DNA of 64,000 nucleotides from Candidatus Bathyarchaeota archaeon (GTDB lineage Archaea; Thermoproteota; Bathyarchaeia; Bathyarchaeales; Bathycorpusculaceae). This document shows, piece by piece, positions 17,855 through 27,586 of the stretch. Where the stretch lies: the NCBI GenBank assembly GCA_963815095.1, contig CAWFFH010000003.1:384001-448000 (forward strand). Direction: 5' to 3'. Under the pieces are notes generated by a model. The model was not told where the DNA came from. It made no database searches and saw nothing but the letters and a program-made list of their open reading frames with translations. The position numbers were made by a program, and so were the translations under genes. The number at the start of each line of letters is the position of its first letter. The stretch's first letter is position 1.

Positions 17855-19153
17855 TTAAGGGGTTGTTGAATTCCAGTAGTATATGTGCTGGTAATTGCCT
17901 GAAGTTACTGGGAAAATGGGGTCTTCGTAGACAATGTCGAGATTGATACCGTAGTAGGATACGAGTTTGCTTGTGATAACCGCGACTGTTTGGGTTCGGT
18001 TGTCGGTTAGCCAGAAACCCCAAATGGTATCGTTGGGGTTACGCAGACCCCACCCAAAGTTTCTAGGCAAAACCAATGCGGCATCGGGTCCGCTTGAATC
18101 GGCAATTTGTTTGGTTGTTATTTCTGTCCAGAATCTTTCAATTGCATTAAGTTGGTCGTTGGTGAGGGTTCCATATGCGCCTTCATCATAGGGGTAATTG
18201 AAGACAGATATGTATTTGGCTCCTGCTTCATAGGACTCAAGCATTTGATTGTAGATATTTTGTCCGCTGTCAAGGTATGGGGGTTCATCGTACTTCCAAG
18301 TAATTATTGCGCCCCACTCTTTATTTTGCAGTCGCGCTGCACCCTTAACTAAATCAATTTGCTCAGCTACACTAACGTTCCAGCCAAGTTCCGCAAATAG
18401 CACATTGTATCCACCCATGTAATCCCACCAGTACAAGCCATAATCGGAGGTGAAAGATGTAATATTGGAGAAGGAGAGATTTTGAATTCCGGGATCTCCC
18501 ATGATGACGTTTTGGATAAAGAAGTTGGCTTCTAAATCGTAATCGTCAGGTGATAGTTTAGTTCCGTTGTTGATGTAATCGAGTAATTTTTGGCGTATCT
18601 CCCATAATGATTTGGCAGCAGGAAAGTCAACTTGGCTAAGGTTTTCTCCGACATATTCGTAGAATCGTCGCCAAGAGGCGTCAAGTTGAATTCCGCCAGG
18701 TTCATCGTTGTAATAGATGCCTAAGAATTTGGTTCCCCACATTTGGGTCCAACGTTGTTTTATAGGGTCAAGTGAAGGTTGATTCCAAAACCAACCCCAC
18801 GATGAAGAGTTACTTTGGTCTTTAATTCCCACATTCACAATAACGCTTAAATTCCGAGCAACAGCGTAATCGCAGATTTCCTCCACTTTTGATTGGTTTG
18901 CACTTATGGGGTTTCTGCCAACATCCAAAATGAATAGGTTCGTGTAAGTTTTTACTTTATCTATAAGCACTTTGGCTTGGTCGGTGGTGTTTCCAGCAAA
19001 AGCAATGCCCACGTAGGCGTTGGGGTCGGCTTTAGTTTGGGTGACTTTGCCCGGAATTGACAAGTAAACCGCGAACATCGAGACGGCTAAAATCACTATC
19101 AGGAAGGCGGGAACTAAAAATTTTCGAACCCGATTAGAGCCGCTCATGCTCAA
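17855..19153 (-). CDS. Membrane-anchored secreted hypothetical protein, possible glycoside-hydrolase-like barrel
   Basis: N-terminal TM helix; GIYYNDEPGG; Trp/Tyr-rich; several N-x-S/T sequons. Confidence 0.55.
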   Translation of the reverse strand: MSMSGSNRVRKFLVPAFLIVILAVSMFAVYLSIPGKVTQTKADPNAYVGIAFAGNTTDQAKVLIDKVKTYTNLFILDVGRNPISANQSKVEEICDYAVARNLSVIVNVGIKDQSNSSSWGWFWNQPSLDPIKQRWTQMWGTKFLGIYYNDEPGGIQLDASWRRFYEYVGENLSQVDFPAAKSLWEIRQKLLDYINNGTKLSPDDYDLEANFFIQNVIMGDPGIQNLSFSNITSFTSDYGLYWWDYMGGYNVLFAELGWNVSVAEQIDLVKGAARLQNKEWGAIITWKYDEPPYLDSGQNIYNQMLESYEAGAKYISVFNYPYDEGAYGTLTNDQLNAIERFWTEITTKQIADSSGPDAALVLPRNFGWGLRNPNDTIWGFWLTDNRTQTVAVITSKLVSYYGINLDIVYEDPIFPVTSGNYQHIYYWNSTTP

Positions 19154-19289
19154 GCCTTACTATACCATATGTGTTTATCCATCCTTAATGCTTTGCCCCA
19201 AATCAACCACATCGAATTTGGCTGGGAACTTTGTGAAGTCTTTTTAAGCATCCAAACATTAACCACAACACAACAAGAGGCGAAGACAA

Positions 19290-19661
19290 GTGGAACGTGC
19301 CAAAGTAGTAAAAGAAGAACTGCAAGAACGCGACATTCATTTTCTTGCGGTTTATGTGGAAGCCAAAAATTCCATCATGATAATGCTTAGCGAGAAAGAG
19401 GACAAACTTGGCACGTTGGCAATTGCTGTTCCTAAACCCAAAGACCTCTTGGGCTCAGTAACCTCATCGGTGCTGCTGGGGGATAAGAACGTGATTTCTG
19501 CGCGGATGTTTGCAGAGTATGTGGCATCCAAAAAGGGCAAAATCGCCATGGTCTCTGTTTACTTGGAGACATTAACTGAGTTGCAGGCGCAATCGTTCTT
19601 TATGCATTTGATTGATAAATTGATTAAAAGTGAAGCCCAAAAAGAGCCAACAGCAATCTAA
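19290..19661 (+). CDS. Proteasome assembly chaperone PAC3/PAC4-like protein
   Basis: 123 aa; KLGTLAIA, SSVLLGD and A..VASKKGKIAMVSV.L resemble PSMG3/PSMG4 motifs as I recall them. Confidence 0.6.
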   Translation: MERAKVVKEELQERDIHFLAVYVEAKNSIMIMLSEKEDKLGTLAIAVPKPKDLLGSVTSSVLLGDKNVISARMFAEYVASKKGKIAMVSVYLETLTELQAQSFFMHLIDKLIKSEAQKEPTAI

Positions 19662-19673
19662 GTTTCGGCAAAT

Positions 19674-20180
19674 GTGACGCCCTCAATGATTTGTAAATTA
19701 ACCAGCACTGACTTCCAAGCCATCCTAAATGTAGTCAACGACTCTGCCATTGCATACAAAAGCAAAATTCCCGCTGACAGATGGAAAGAACCCTACATGC
19801 CTACCCAAGAATTAGAAGAAGAAATTCGAAACGGGGTTCAATTCTACGGCTTCATCGAAAACAACGCTTTAATCGCAGTTATGGGAATTCAACCTGTCAA
19901 CGACGTTACTCTAATCAGGCACGCATACACTCTAACGAGTCACCAGCGGAAAGGAGCTGGAGAAAAACTCCTAAATCATCTACTAACTTTGGCTAAAACG
20001 GATAAGATTCTGGTGGGCACGTGGGAAACAGCGCCCTGGGCAATAAAATTCTACCAAAAACACGGGTTTAGTTTGCTTTCGAGGCTAGAAACAAATAAGC
20101 TGCTAAAGAAATACTGGAACATACCCGAGCGACAAGTTGAAACCTCAATTGTACTTGAACTTAAAAGGCAACAAAGATGA
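19674..20180 (+). CDS. GNAT family N-acetyltransferase
   Basis: HQRKGAG acetyl-CoA motif A; AIKFYQKHGF. Confidence 0.88.
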   Translation: MTPSMICKLTSTDFQAILNVVNDSAIAYKSKIPADRWKEPYMPTQELEEEIRNGVQFYGFIENNALIAVMGIQPVNDVTLIRHAYTLTSHQRKGAGEKLLNHLLTLAKTDKILVGTWETAPWAIKFYQKHGFSLLSRLETNKLLKKYWNIPERQVETSIVLELKRQQR

Positions 20181-21238
20181 AAACACTCTTCCTAAAAGTT
20201 GACGCGGAAAACCCTGATGTAGCAATAATCCAGAAAGCAGCAGACATTATCAAGAAAGGCGGTCTAGTTGCGTTTCCAACGGAAACTGTTTACGGTTTAG
20301 GTGCAGATGCACTTAACTCGACGGCTGTGTTAGCGTTGTTTGAGGCTAAGAAGCGTCCTTTTGATAATCCCCCAATCGTCCATGTCGCGGACATAAGAGA
20401 AGTGTACAGGCTAGTTACTGAGGTGCCTCCAAAAGCCGAATTGTTGATGGAAAAGTTTTGGCCTGGACCCTTAACTCTCATCTTTAAACACTCAAACATT
20501 GTTCCAAACGAAACGGTTGCAGGTTTAGACACCATAGCAATCCGCATGCCCAATCACAAAGTCGCCCTCGAACTTATCAAGCAAAGCCACCGACCCATCG
20601 CAGCGCCAAGTGCAAACCTCGCAGGCAAACCCAGTCCAACTACCGCTCAACATGTCTACGAAGACCTAAACGGCAGAATAGACGCAATAATCGATGGCGG
20701 CTCAACTAACATCGGTGTAGAATCCACCGTAGTTGACTTGACAGTTGACCCGCCTATGCTTCTTCGTCCTGGAGGCACACCTTTTGAGACGTTAAAGAAA
20801 GTTATCGGCGACATGAAACTTCACGCTTTCGTGCAAGCAGAACAGGAACTATCATTGAAAGACATTCTCTCGCCAGGAATGAAACATAAGCATTACGCGC
20901 CAAAAGCCCAAGTTATCCTTGTCGAAGGAAACGTTCCAGCAGTTATTGCCAAAGTCAACAAATTAGAGGAATCTTACAGAGTTAAGGGCAAAAAAGTAGG
21001 CATCCTCGCCACCGACGAAACACAAACCACCTACCATGCAGACATAGTTAAATCGCTTGGTAGCCGTGCAAATCTAGCAGTCGTCGCTCAAAATCTATTT
21101 CGTCTGCTGCGGGAAGTTGATGCAGAAAATGTTGATGTTATAATTGCTGAGGGTGTAAGTTTTGAGGGGCTTGGTTTGGCTGTTATGAATAGGCTTCGGA
21201 AAGCGTCGGGATACCATATTGTCAAAGCTGAAGAATAA
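20177..21238 (+). CDS. sua5: L-threonylcarbamoyladenylate synthase Sua5
   Basis: AFPTETVYGLG, K.RP.DNP, PGPLT, APSAN, GVESTV, LRPG and SPGMKHKHYAP motifs plus SUA5 domain. Confidence 0.95.
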   Translation: MKTLFLKVDAENPDVAIIQKAADIIKKGGLVAFPTETVYGLGADALNSTAVLALFEAKKRPFDNPPIVHVADIREVYRLVTEVPPKAELLMEKFWPGPLTLIFKHSNIVPNETVAGLDTIAIRMPNHKVALELIKQSHRPIAAPSANLAGKPSPTTAQHVYEDLNGRIDAIIDGGSTNIGVESTVVDLTVDPPMLLRPGGTPFETLKKVIGDMKLHAFVQAEQELSLKDILSPGMKHKHYAPKAQVILVEGNVPAVIAKVNKLEESYRVKGKKVGILATDETQTTYHADIVKSLGSRANLAVVAQNLFRLLREVDAENVDVIIAEGVSFEGLGLAVMNRLRKASGYHIVKAEE

Positions 21239-21331
21239 TTAATGAGCTTTTGAAAGTGACAAAAAGGAGACTGGAAGGTAACTTTTCCAGGTTTGCTGGG
21301 GTTAATTAGCCAATTTGTGGCTTAGGCTCTG

Positions 21332-21346
21332 GGAAAAATTTATATC
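21332..21346 (+). promoter_or_regulatory. Putative BRE/TATA promoter of the thermosome gene
   Basis: GGAAAAA followed by TTTATAT about 65 nt upstream of ATG 21411. Confidence 0.5.
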
Positions 21347-21410
21347 TAAATGTTTGATTTGTTCCGTTTAGAATCTAATAACTTAAACATAGGAATATTT
21401 GGTGAAAAAC

Positions 21411-23087
21411 ATGTCTCAAGGTGGAGGAAACATTCCGATTCTTGTATTAAAAGAAGGCACAGGCCGCTCAAGTGGCCGCGAAGCACAAAAAAACAACATT
21501 ATGGCTGCAAAGATGGTAGCTGAAGCAGTAAAATCAACGCTCGGTCCATGCGGTATGGATAAAATGCTCGTAAGCAGCATGGGAGACGTTGCAATAACTA
21601 ACGACGGCGCAACCATAATGAAGGAACTTGACGTTCAGCATCCAGCAGCAAAAATGCTCGTTGAAGTTGCAAAAGCTCAAGACAATGAAGTAGGCGATGG
21701 AACAACAACCGCAGTCATCTTAGCAGGTGAACTGCTTGCTAAAGCTGAAAGTTTACTTGACAAAAACGTGCACCCAACAGTGATAATTGAGGGTTACAAA
21801 AAGGCTAGTGAAGAAGCCCAGAAAATTTTGGACAAAATCGCAATACCCGTTGCATTTGAAGATGAAAAAACATTGCGGGATGTTGCAATCACATCGATAT
21901 CCAGCAAAAGCATCAACGTTGCCGAAGATCATTTTGCAAAAATAATTGTTGAAGCCGTAAAGCAAGTCTCAGAAAAAGTAGACAAAAAATACGTCGCAGA
22001 CATCGACCTGATAAAAGTAGTTAAGAAACACGGTCAAAGCCTCGACGAAACAGAACTTGTCAAAGGCATGGTCTTAGACAAGGAAGTTGCAAGTTCAGGT
22101 ATGCCAAAAATCATCGACGGCGCAAAAATTGCCCTCTTAAACGCTAAACTTGAAATTGAAAAAACAGAGTTCGACGCTAAAATTAACATTGAAAGCCCAG
22201 ATCAAATGAAAATGTTCCTTGACGAAGAAGAACGCATGCTAAAAGACATGGTTACCTCAATTACCAAGTCAGGTGCAAACGTTATATTCACTGAGAAAGG
22301 CATCGACGACATGGTACTGCACTTCTTAAGCAAAGCAGGCGTTTTGGCAGTTAAGAGCGTAAGTAGCAGCGACATGGAAAAACTCTCCCGTGCCACAGGC
22401 GGAAGTATTGGTGCAAGCGTAAAAGATTTGACCCCTGACGCATTGGGCAAAGCTAAACGAGTAGAAGAAGTCAAAATTGGCGACGACAAACTAATCTACA
22501 TCCGCGACTGCAAGAACCCAAAAGCAGTAACCATCGTTATCCGAGGCGCATCCAAAAACGTAATCGACGAAGCAGAACGCAGCCTACACGACGGATTATG
22601 CGTTGTACGTAACGCAATTGAAGATGGCAAAATTGTTGCAGGCGGCGGCGCACCCGAAGCAGAACTCTCAAAGAACCTACGTGCTTTCGCCGTGAAAGTT
22701 GGCGGACGCGAACAACTCGCCGTTGAAGCCTTCGCAGACGCAATCGAAGAAATCCCCCTAACACTCGCAGAGAACGCAGGCTTAGACCCCATAGACATCA
22801 TGGTAGCACTCCGCGCACAACACGAGAAACCAAACAGCCAAACATTCGGCATTGACGTAACCACAGGCAAAATCATTGACATGTGCAAACAAATGATTAT
22901 CGAACCGCTACGAGTAAAGCAGCAAGTTATAAAATCCGCAACCGAAGCCACAAACATGATACTGAAAATCGACGATCTAATCAGCATTAAAGGCGGCAGC
23001 AGCAAGATGCCACAGATGCCCCCAGGAATGGGCGGTATGGGTGGCATGGGTGGAATGGGCGGCGGTATGGGCGGAATGCCCTACTAA
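21411..23087 (+). CDS. ths: Thermosome (group II chaperonin) subunit
   Basis: [23 protein letters not shown] and AGGGA motifs; GGM tail; GGTGA Shine-Dalgarno before ATG 21411 (alternative TTG 21399). Confidence 0.96.
   Translation: MSQGGGNIPILVLKEGTGRSSGREAQKNNIMAAKMVAEAVKSTLGPCGMDKMLVSSMGDVAITNDGATIMKELDVQHPAAKMLVEVAKAQDNEVGDGTTTAVILAGELLAKAESLLDKNVHPTVIIEGYKKASEEAQKILDKIAIPVAFEDEKTLRDVAITSISSKSINVAEDHFAKIIVEAVKQVSEKVDKKYVADIDLIKVVKKHGQSLDETELVKGMVLDKEVASSGMPKIIDGAKIALLNAKLEIEKTEFDAKINIESPDQMKMFLDEEERMLKDMVTSITKSGANVIFTEKGIDDMVLHFLSKAGVLAVKSVSSSDMEKLSRATGGSIGASVKDLTPDALGKAKRVEEVKIGDDKLIYIRDCKNPKAVTIVIRGASKNVIDEAERSLHDGLCVVRNAIEDGKIVAGGGAPEAELSKNLRAFAVKVGGREQLAVEAFADAIEEIPLTLAENAGLDPIDIMVALRAQHEKPNSQTFGIDVTTGKIIDMCKQMIIEPLRVKQQVIKSATEATNMILKIDDLISIKGGSSKMPQMPPGMGGMGGMGGMGGGMGGMPY
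23026..23081 (+). repeat. GGM coding repeat (ATGGGCGGT-like units) in the thermosome C-terminal tail
   Basis: [19 protein letters not shown], typical of chaperonins. Confidence 0.85.
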
Positions 23088-23097
23088 GCATCCCAAG

Positions 23098-23172
23098 CTT
23101 TCCTTTTCTTTTATTTTAATTTTAAATCAAATTTGTGTTTTTTCGTTTCTTGTTTTTTCGAACTCTTTTTTA
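23098..23172 (+). terminator. Oligo-T archaeal terminator after the thermosome gene
   Basis: Multiple T-runs immediately after the stop codon. Confidence 0.55.
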
Positions 23173-23227
23173 GTGTAAACTTATATTCTGAATCACCAGA
23201 ATTATTCGGTGCCTTGGAGACCCCATT

Positions 23228-23953
23228 ATGAAGCACGTAAAGATTTCAGCCTTTGATTGCCCTGATGCATGGTTCAAAGCGTTAAGCGCAATTTGGAAAG
23301 AAGGCGATGTTTTCAGAGTGGGTTTTGGCTCCGAAGAGACTGAAACTAGAAAGCTGAATCTTACAATCGAAATAACAAATCCAGAAAATCGTCCACTTGT
23401 TAGCGATAAAGCGCCTTGCGATTTCAAGTATGTACAAGGATATGCGTTGGAGTATTTGTGGTGTGGAGAAAAACAAGAAGATGAAACCTACACATACGGT
23501 AGTCGGCTGAATCAGCCCGTTAACCAAGTTGAAGAAGCCATTAAAAGGTACATAGAAGAGCAAAGAGACAGACAGGTTACGATGGTTATTAGGCTTCCAA
23601 GTGACATAAAGAAATTCGATGAGAACCACAAAAAAAGTGAGCCGCCCTGCTTAAGTCTGATTGATACAGAGATTCTTGATAACCAAATGCATTTTACATG
23701 CTATTTTCGAAGTTGGGATGCTTATGGGGGTTTACCCGCTAACATTGCTGGCTTGCAACTTTTTAATGAAGCCTTCGTGAACGAAATAAACGAGCGCGGC
23801 AACCTTTCTTTGAAAACTGGCAAACTAGTTTTCCACTCAAAAAACTGCCATATCTATCAAAGACAATATAACCTTGTCAAGGAACTTTTGGAGCCCAAAG
23901 ACAGCGCCAAAAGAATGGCTAAGACACTTAAGCAAGCAGATCGAGAAAGCTAA
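23228..23953 (+). CDS. thyA: Archaeal-type thymidylate synthase
   Basis: YTYG.RL, PPCL catalytic Cys, FRSWD..GGLPAN and HIY motifs. Confidence 0.82.
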   Translation: MKHVKISAFDCPDAWFKALSAIWKEGDVFRVGFGSEETETRKLNLTIEITNPENRPLVSDKAPCDFKYVQGYALEYLWCGEKQEDETYTYGSRLNQPVNQVEEAIKRYIEEQRDRQVTMVIRLPSDIKKFDENHKKSEPPCLSLIDTEILDNQMHFTCYFRSWDAYGGLPANIAGLQLFNEAFVNEINERGNLSLKTGKLVFHSKNCHIYQRQYNLVKELLEPKDSAKRMAKTLKQADRES

Positions 23954-25326
23954 TTTTCCTTTTTTGTTGGATAGCCAAGGTTTGTCCACGCTGTTGTTCC
24001 GCCGAGTACGTTGCTGATGTTTTTGAAGCCTTTTTGTTCCAGTACGCTTGCAGCTATGCTGGAGCGGTTCCCAACCGAACACGTAACTACAATTGGCTTA
24101 TTTTTTGGGAGCGCATCGGTTTTTTCTGGCAGGTCAGCGAAGAATAGACGTTCTGATTTTTCGATGTATCCTTCGTCTTTCCATTCGCTTGGTTCTCGGA
24201 CGTCCAAAAGCAGAACTTCCTGTTTAGCCAGTTTGTCTTTGAGTTCCATAACCGACATCGTGCCAAAACTGCTGATGGGTTTGCCCGCTTCCTGCCACTG
24301 GTTCATTCCGCCGCAAAGGAACCCGCACATGTTATCAAAACCCAACCGCCTCAGCCGCGGAGCCACAATGTCTATGTCATTTGGGCGTTCATGCACAAAT
24401 ATGATATATTGGTTGATCTCGAGGAGCCAGCCGGGGTAGACGCTGGTTCCACCAATCCACATGCTGAGTGAAATGGGGATGTGGGAGCCTGCGAAAGCAT
24501 AAGGCAAGCGTGTGTCTAAAATTAGCATGTTTTGTTCTTGCATTTCTTCTTCAAATTCAGATAGGGATAGAGGTCTAGGATAAGATAGCTCACTTAGCAA
24601 GGGTGGACCGTTCATGTTGAGTTCCTCCATCTTTTTGAAGTAACGGGGCACCACCAATTCTTCAGAGATCACTTTTTTGATGAATTCTTCAATGCTCAGT
24701 TTTAGATACGGATTAGTTTTCCTTTCATATCCTATTGTGGTTGGTTCCTGACCGCTGATACCATGTCCGCATACACTACCGGCACCATGCCCAGGATAGA
24801 CAAGAATGTGGTCGCTTAAGGTCAGCAATTTTTCATGAAGACTACCGTACAATTTCTCGGCTTGTTTTTGTTGGATAGGTTTGCCGTAGAGGTCGGTTCT
24901 TCCCACTGAACCGGCGAAGAGAGTGTCACCAGTAAAAACCATTAGCGGCTCAGAGTTCTCAGGCGGAAAAACCAAGTAACTTAAAGATTCGTTTGTGTGC
25001 CCAGGCGTGTTTAAGGATTTGATTTTGGTATCGCCAACGTTTAAGGTGTCACCGTCGGTTAGGTTGTGTTCTCCGTACTTGAACGGGAGGGCGCTGCTGT
25101 GGGCGATTTCCGCTTCCGTTATGTTTTGCAGTTCCAAAGAGCCCACCAAAAAGTCTTCGTTTCGGTGCGTTTCCAAAATGTACTTGATTTTTGCGCATTC
25201 TTCTTTTGCGAGATGAATGTAGATGTCGCAGTCTCGACGTGGGTCAATAACGGCGGCTTCGTTTTCGTCTGACAGGAAGTAGCTGTTGTGGGCTAAGCCT
25301 TCGGATTTGATGGTTTGCAACTTCAT
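23950..25326 (-). CDS. MBL-fold hydrolase with two rhodanese domains (persulfide dioxygenase-like)
   Basis: IDPRRD, ETHRNED, TPGHT, FTGDTLF, GRTDL and PGHGAGS motifs; LDVRE...CSVGNRS rhodanese. Confidence 0.88.
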   Translation of the reverse strand: MKLQTIKSEGLAHNSYFLSDENEAAVIDPRRDCDIYIHLAKEECAKIKYILETHRNEDFLVGSLELQNITEAEIAHSSALPFKYGEHNLTDGDTLNVGDTKIKSLNTPGHTNESLSYLVFPPENSEPLMVFTGDTLFAGSVGRTDLYGKPIQQKQAEKLYGSLHEKLLTLSDHILVYPGHGAGSVCGHGISGQEPTTIGYERKTNPYLKLSIEEFIKKVISEELVVPRYFKKMEELNMNGPPLLSELSYPRPLSLSEFEEEMQEQNMLILDTRLPYAFAGSHIPISLSMWIGGTSVYPGWLLEINQYIIFVHERPNDIDIVAPRLRRLGFDNMCGFLCGGMNQWQEAGKPISSFGTMSVMELKDKLAKQEVLLLDVREPSEWKDEGYIEKSERLFFADLPEKTDALPKNKPIVVTCSVGNRSSIAASVLEQKGFKNISNVLGGTTAWTNLGYPTKKEN

Positions 25327-25484
25327 TTTTCATTCCCCAAAAAATTTAGAGTAAAATATTAAAGCAAAGTAACATTTGCTAATAATTACAAGCCGTCTAG
25401 CCGATTTATTCCTTTCCAAAAATTGAATATGCGCTGATAACTCTTTATAGCGCAAAGCTCTAACATTTCAGGTAGGCGTCTGTT

Positions 25485-26006
25485 ATGGGTCACAACATGG
25501 CATCGTGGAAAGTCCTCGAAGGCATGCTTATTGATTTGAAGAAAAAAGGTGTAAATGTCCCAGAAAATATTCTGTCAGACTTGAGATCTGCGAAATCTAT
25601 GATAAAGCTTCATTGTACCCAAGCTAAAGGAGCTGGCGATGCTCTCCAAAAAGCTGAAGAACTAACAGCAAACGTGGAGGCTTACCTTGCAACAGAAGCG
25701 CAGAAGATTTTTGGTCCAGAAAAAGTTGACGCTTGGCTAAGACGCTTAGAAGAAGCCAACGCTGAAGCCTGCGAAGAAACAACACAAGAGAGCAAATTCG
25801 TCACCGGAGTTCCCAGAGACCAAAAATGGGTCCGCGTCGACGCCGTCAACAACCTATCGTCGGAGCGGATCGGTCAAATTGCTTGTGAGCTAAATCTTGA
25901 AATTAAACCTCAAAAAGACGGAAAACTAATCGTTCACGGTCAACAGGAAAACATAAAAGAATTCATCAAAAAAATGACAACCGAAGCCAAAAATAATATG
26001 AAATAA
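25485..26006 (+). CDS. DUF2096-like archaeal conserved protein
   Basis: W.VL..ML.DL.KKG..VP.....DLRSAK.MI pattern. Confidence 0.6.
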   Translation: MGHNMASWKVLEGMLIDLKKKGVNVPENILSDLRSAKSMIKLHCTQAKGAGDALQKAEELTANVEAYLATEAQKIFGPEKVDAWLRRLEEANAEACEETTQESKFVTGVPRDQKWVRVDAVNNLSSERIGQIACELNLEIKPQKDGKLIVHGQQENIKEFIKKMTTEAKNNMK

Positions 26007-26090
26007 AATGCCCTTAGAAAAGCAAAACATCTCCCCTGCCGAAGAAATTGCCCTCAAATAGTTTTGAGTATATCTCCAAGATATTTTCAA

Positions 26091-27359
26091 TTATTCTGAG
26101 TTAAATGCTTCATCTGCATTTGAAACTAAAAATCCACTGATAACAGACAAAACAAATGAACCAATAAGGATAAGCCATGGATTAGTTAACTCGTACAAAT
26201 CAAGTGAAGATTTAACTCCGACTAAATTTGTAAAAATCAAAACAACCACTGCAAAAATAACAAGTGTTTGGTTTCTCCTAAGAATCGATAATATGCCAGC
26301 CGTCAATCCAAAACCAAACGACATAAAGCAAATTGTTGTTAGGAGTGTCCAATCAAATCCGTGTAGAGTACTGTCTAATCCAACTAGCCCCCAGTAAAGA
26401 CTTATTATAGATGTTATTGCAAGAAGTGCTCCGCCTAAAACAGCAAACCTGTAATTCTTTTGCAATAGGCTATTGTTCGTTGATTTTCTTAACTTAAAAA
26501 TAACGAGCATCGTTCCAACAAAAGCAAACAATAGGCCCAATAGAACTGCATATTCCCATATTGGTTCATTTGCATTGTGGGCAAAACTAAATCCTGTATG
26601 GGTAGTAATCCATCCTTCTTGGGAGACTCCTACATGGACATATGCTGTCGGCAACCAAATAGGTACTTTTGCCTTGAATAGGCCAGTTGAGATTTCTTCA
26701 GCTGTTACACCGTCAATCGTTATCGTCGCATTGTGCACTACCTTAGGTAAGAACGTTTGATGCGAATAAGTAGCCGTTGCTGGCAAGGTTAAGCCATCTT
26801 CTGGAAGCAACAAATAGGTAACGTTCACCGTTACTGTTGCAGTTCCTTGATTCTTGACGTCATAACTTGCCAATGAAACATGAAAACTATCCCACCAAAC
26901 GACCAAAGATTCAGATTGCAAACCAAACAGAGTATTTCCTATCTCAAGAAGACTGGGCTTATACTCTGTGCCATTTTGTGTTACTAATTTGGCGGGTTTA
27001 AAAGTTATAATTTCAGCAATTGAAGAAGAATAATTAAATGAAAAAAGTCCTTCAGTAGTATTAAGATTAAGAGTGGTTATTGTTCCGCTTTTTGAACCTG
27101 AAACTTGAATTGCGACCGTTGCGTTGCTTATGAGCTGACCAGAATCAACTCCATAACTCCATAATGCTTGAAAGGAAACATTCCAAGTACTTCCCACTGG
27201 AGTGTAAAAGGAAGAATTTGACGGTAATGGACTTACACCTACATAATAATTGGATGGTGCTTGGGCAACTGATGTTTCAATAAGGACTGGGAGAACCAGC
27301 GAAAGTGATAACAGGATTATGAAAATCGCCTTAGAAACTACCCCAAGTTCCTTATTCAT
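26091..27359 (-). CDS. Hypothetical membrane protein (signal peptide, beta-rich extracellular region, about 5 C-terminal TM helices)
   Basis: 422 aa ORF; hydrophobicity pattern; S/T-rich with N-glycosylation sequons. Confidence 0.6.
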   Translation of the reverse strand: MNKELGVVSKAIFIILLSLSLVLPVLIETSVAQAPSNYYVGVSPLPSNSSFYTPVGSTWNVSFQALWSYGVDSGQLISNATVAIQVSGSKSGTITTLNLNTTEGLFSFNYSSSIAEIITFKPAKLVTQNGTEYKPSLLEIGNTLFGLQSESLVVWWDSFHVSLASYDVKNQGTATVTVNVTYLLLPEDGLTLPATATYSHQTFLPKVVHNATITIDGVTAEEISTGLFKAKVPIWLPTAYVHVGVSQEGWITTHTGFSFAHNANEPIWEYAVLLGLLFAFVGTMLVIFKLRKSTNNSLLQKNYRFAVLGGALLAITSIISLYWGLVGLDSTLHGFDWTLLTTICFMSFGFGLTAGILSILRRNQTLVIFAVVVLIFTNLVGVKSSLDLYELTNPWLILIGSFVLSVISGFLVSNADEAFNSE

Positions 27360-27586
27360 TTTGTCACTCTTCTTGCAGTTAGCGCTGTTTTCCCTTATAA
27401 GACATTAGCTTTCAGGTTTTCATCTTTTGCAAGACGATTGCAACATATTTCGTAGCAAAAGTATGGCAGAATATTTTGTTATTTGGTTAAATAAGCGGGT
27501 TTAAGATTGCCAAGAGTCGACAGAGGTGTTGGCTTGCTGCTTCTTTGTTCGATATGTTTTTTACGGTAAATCGCTAGTGCTTTGTT

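Noticed and set aside
21271-21290. CTGGAA...TTCCAG inverted repeat upstream of the thermosome gene
   Set aside because: Only a 6-bp stem; cannot distinguish terminator, operator or chance.
22496-23047. Long antisense ORFs (also 40658-41215, 60242-60760, 62531-63022 and others)
   Set aside because: Shadows of well-supported genes on the opposite strand, with no motifs.
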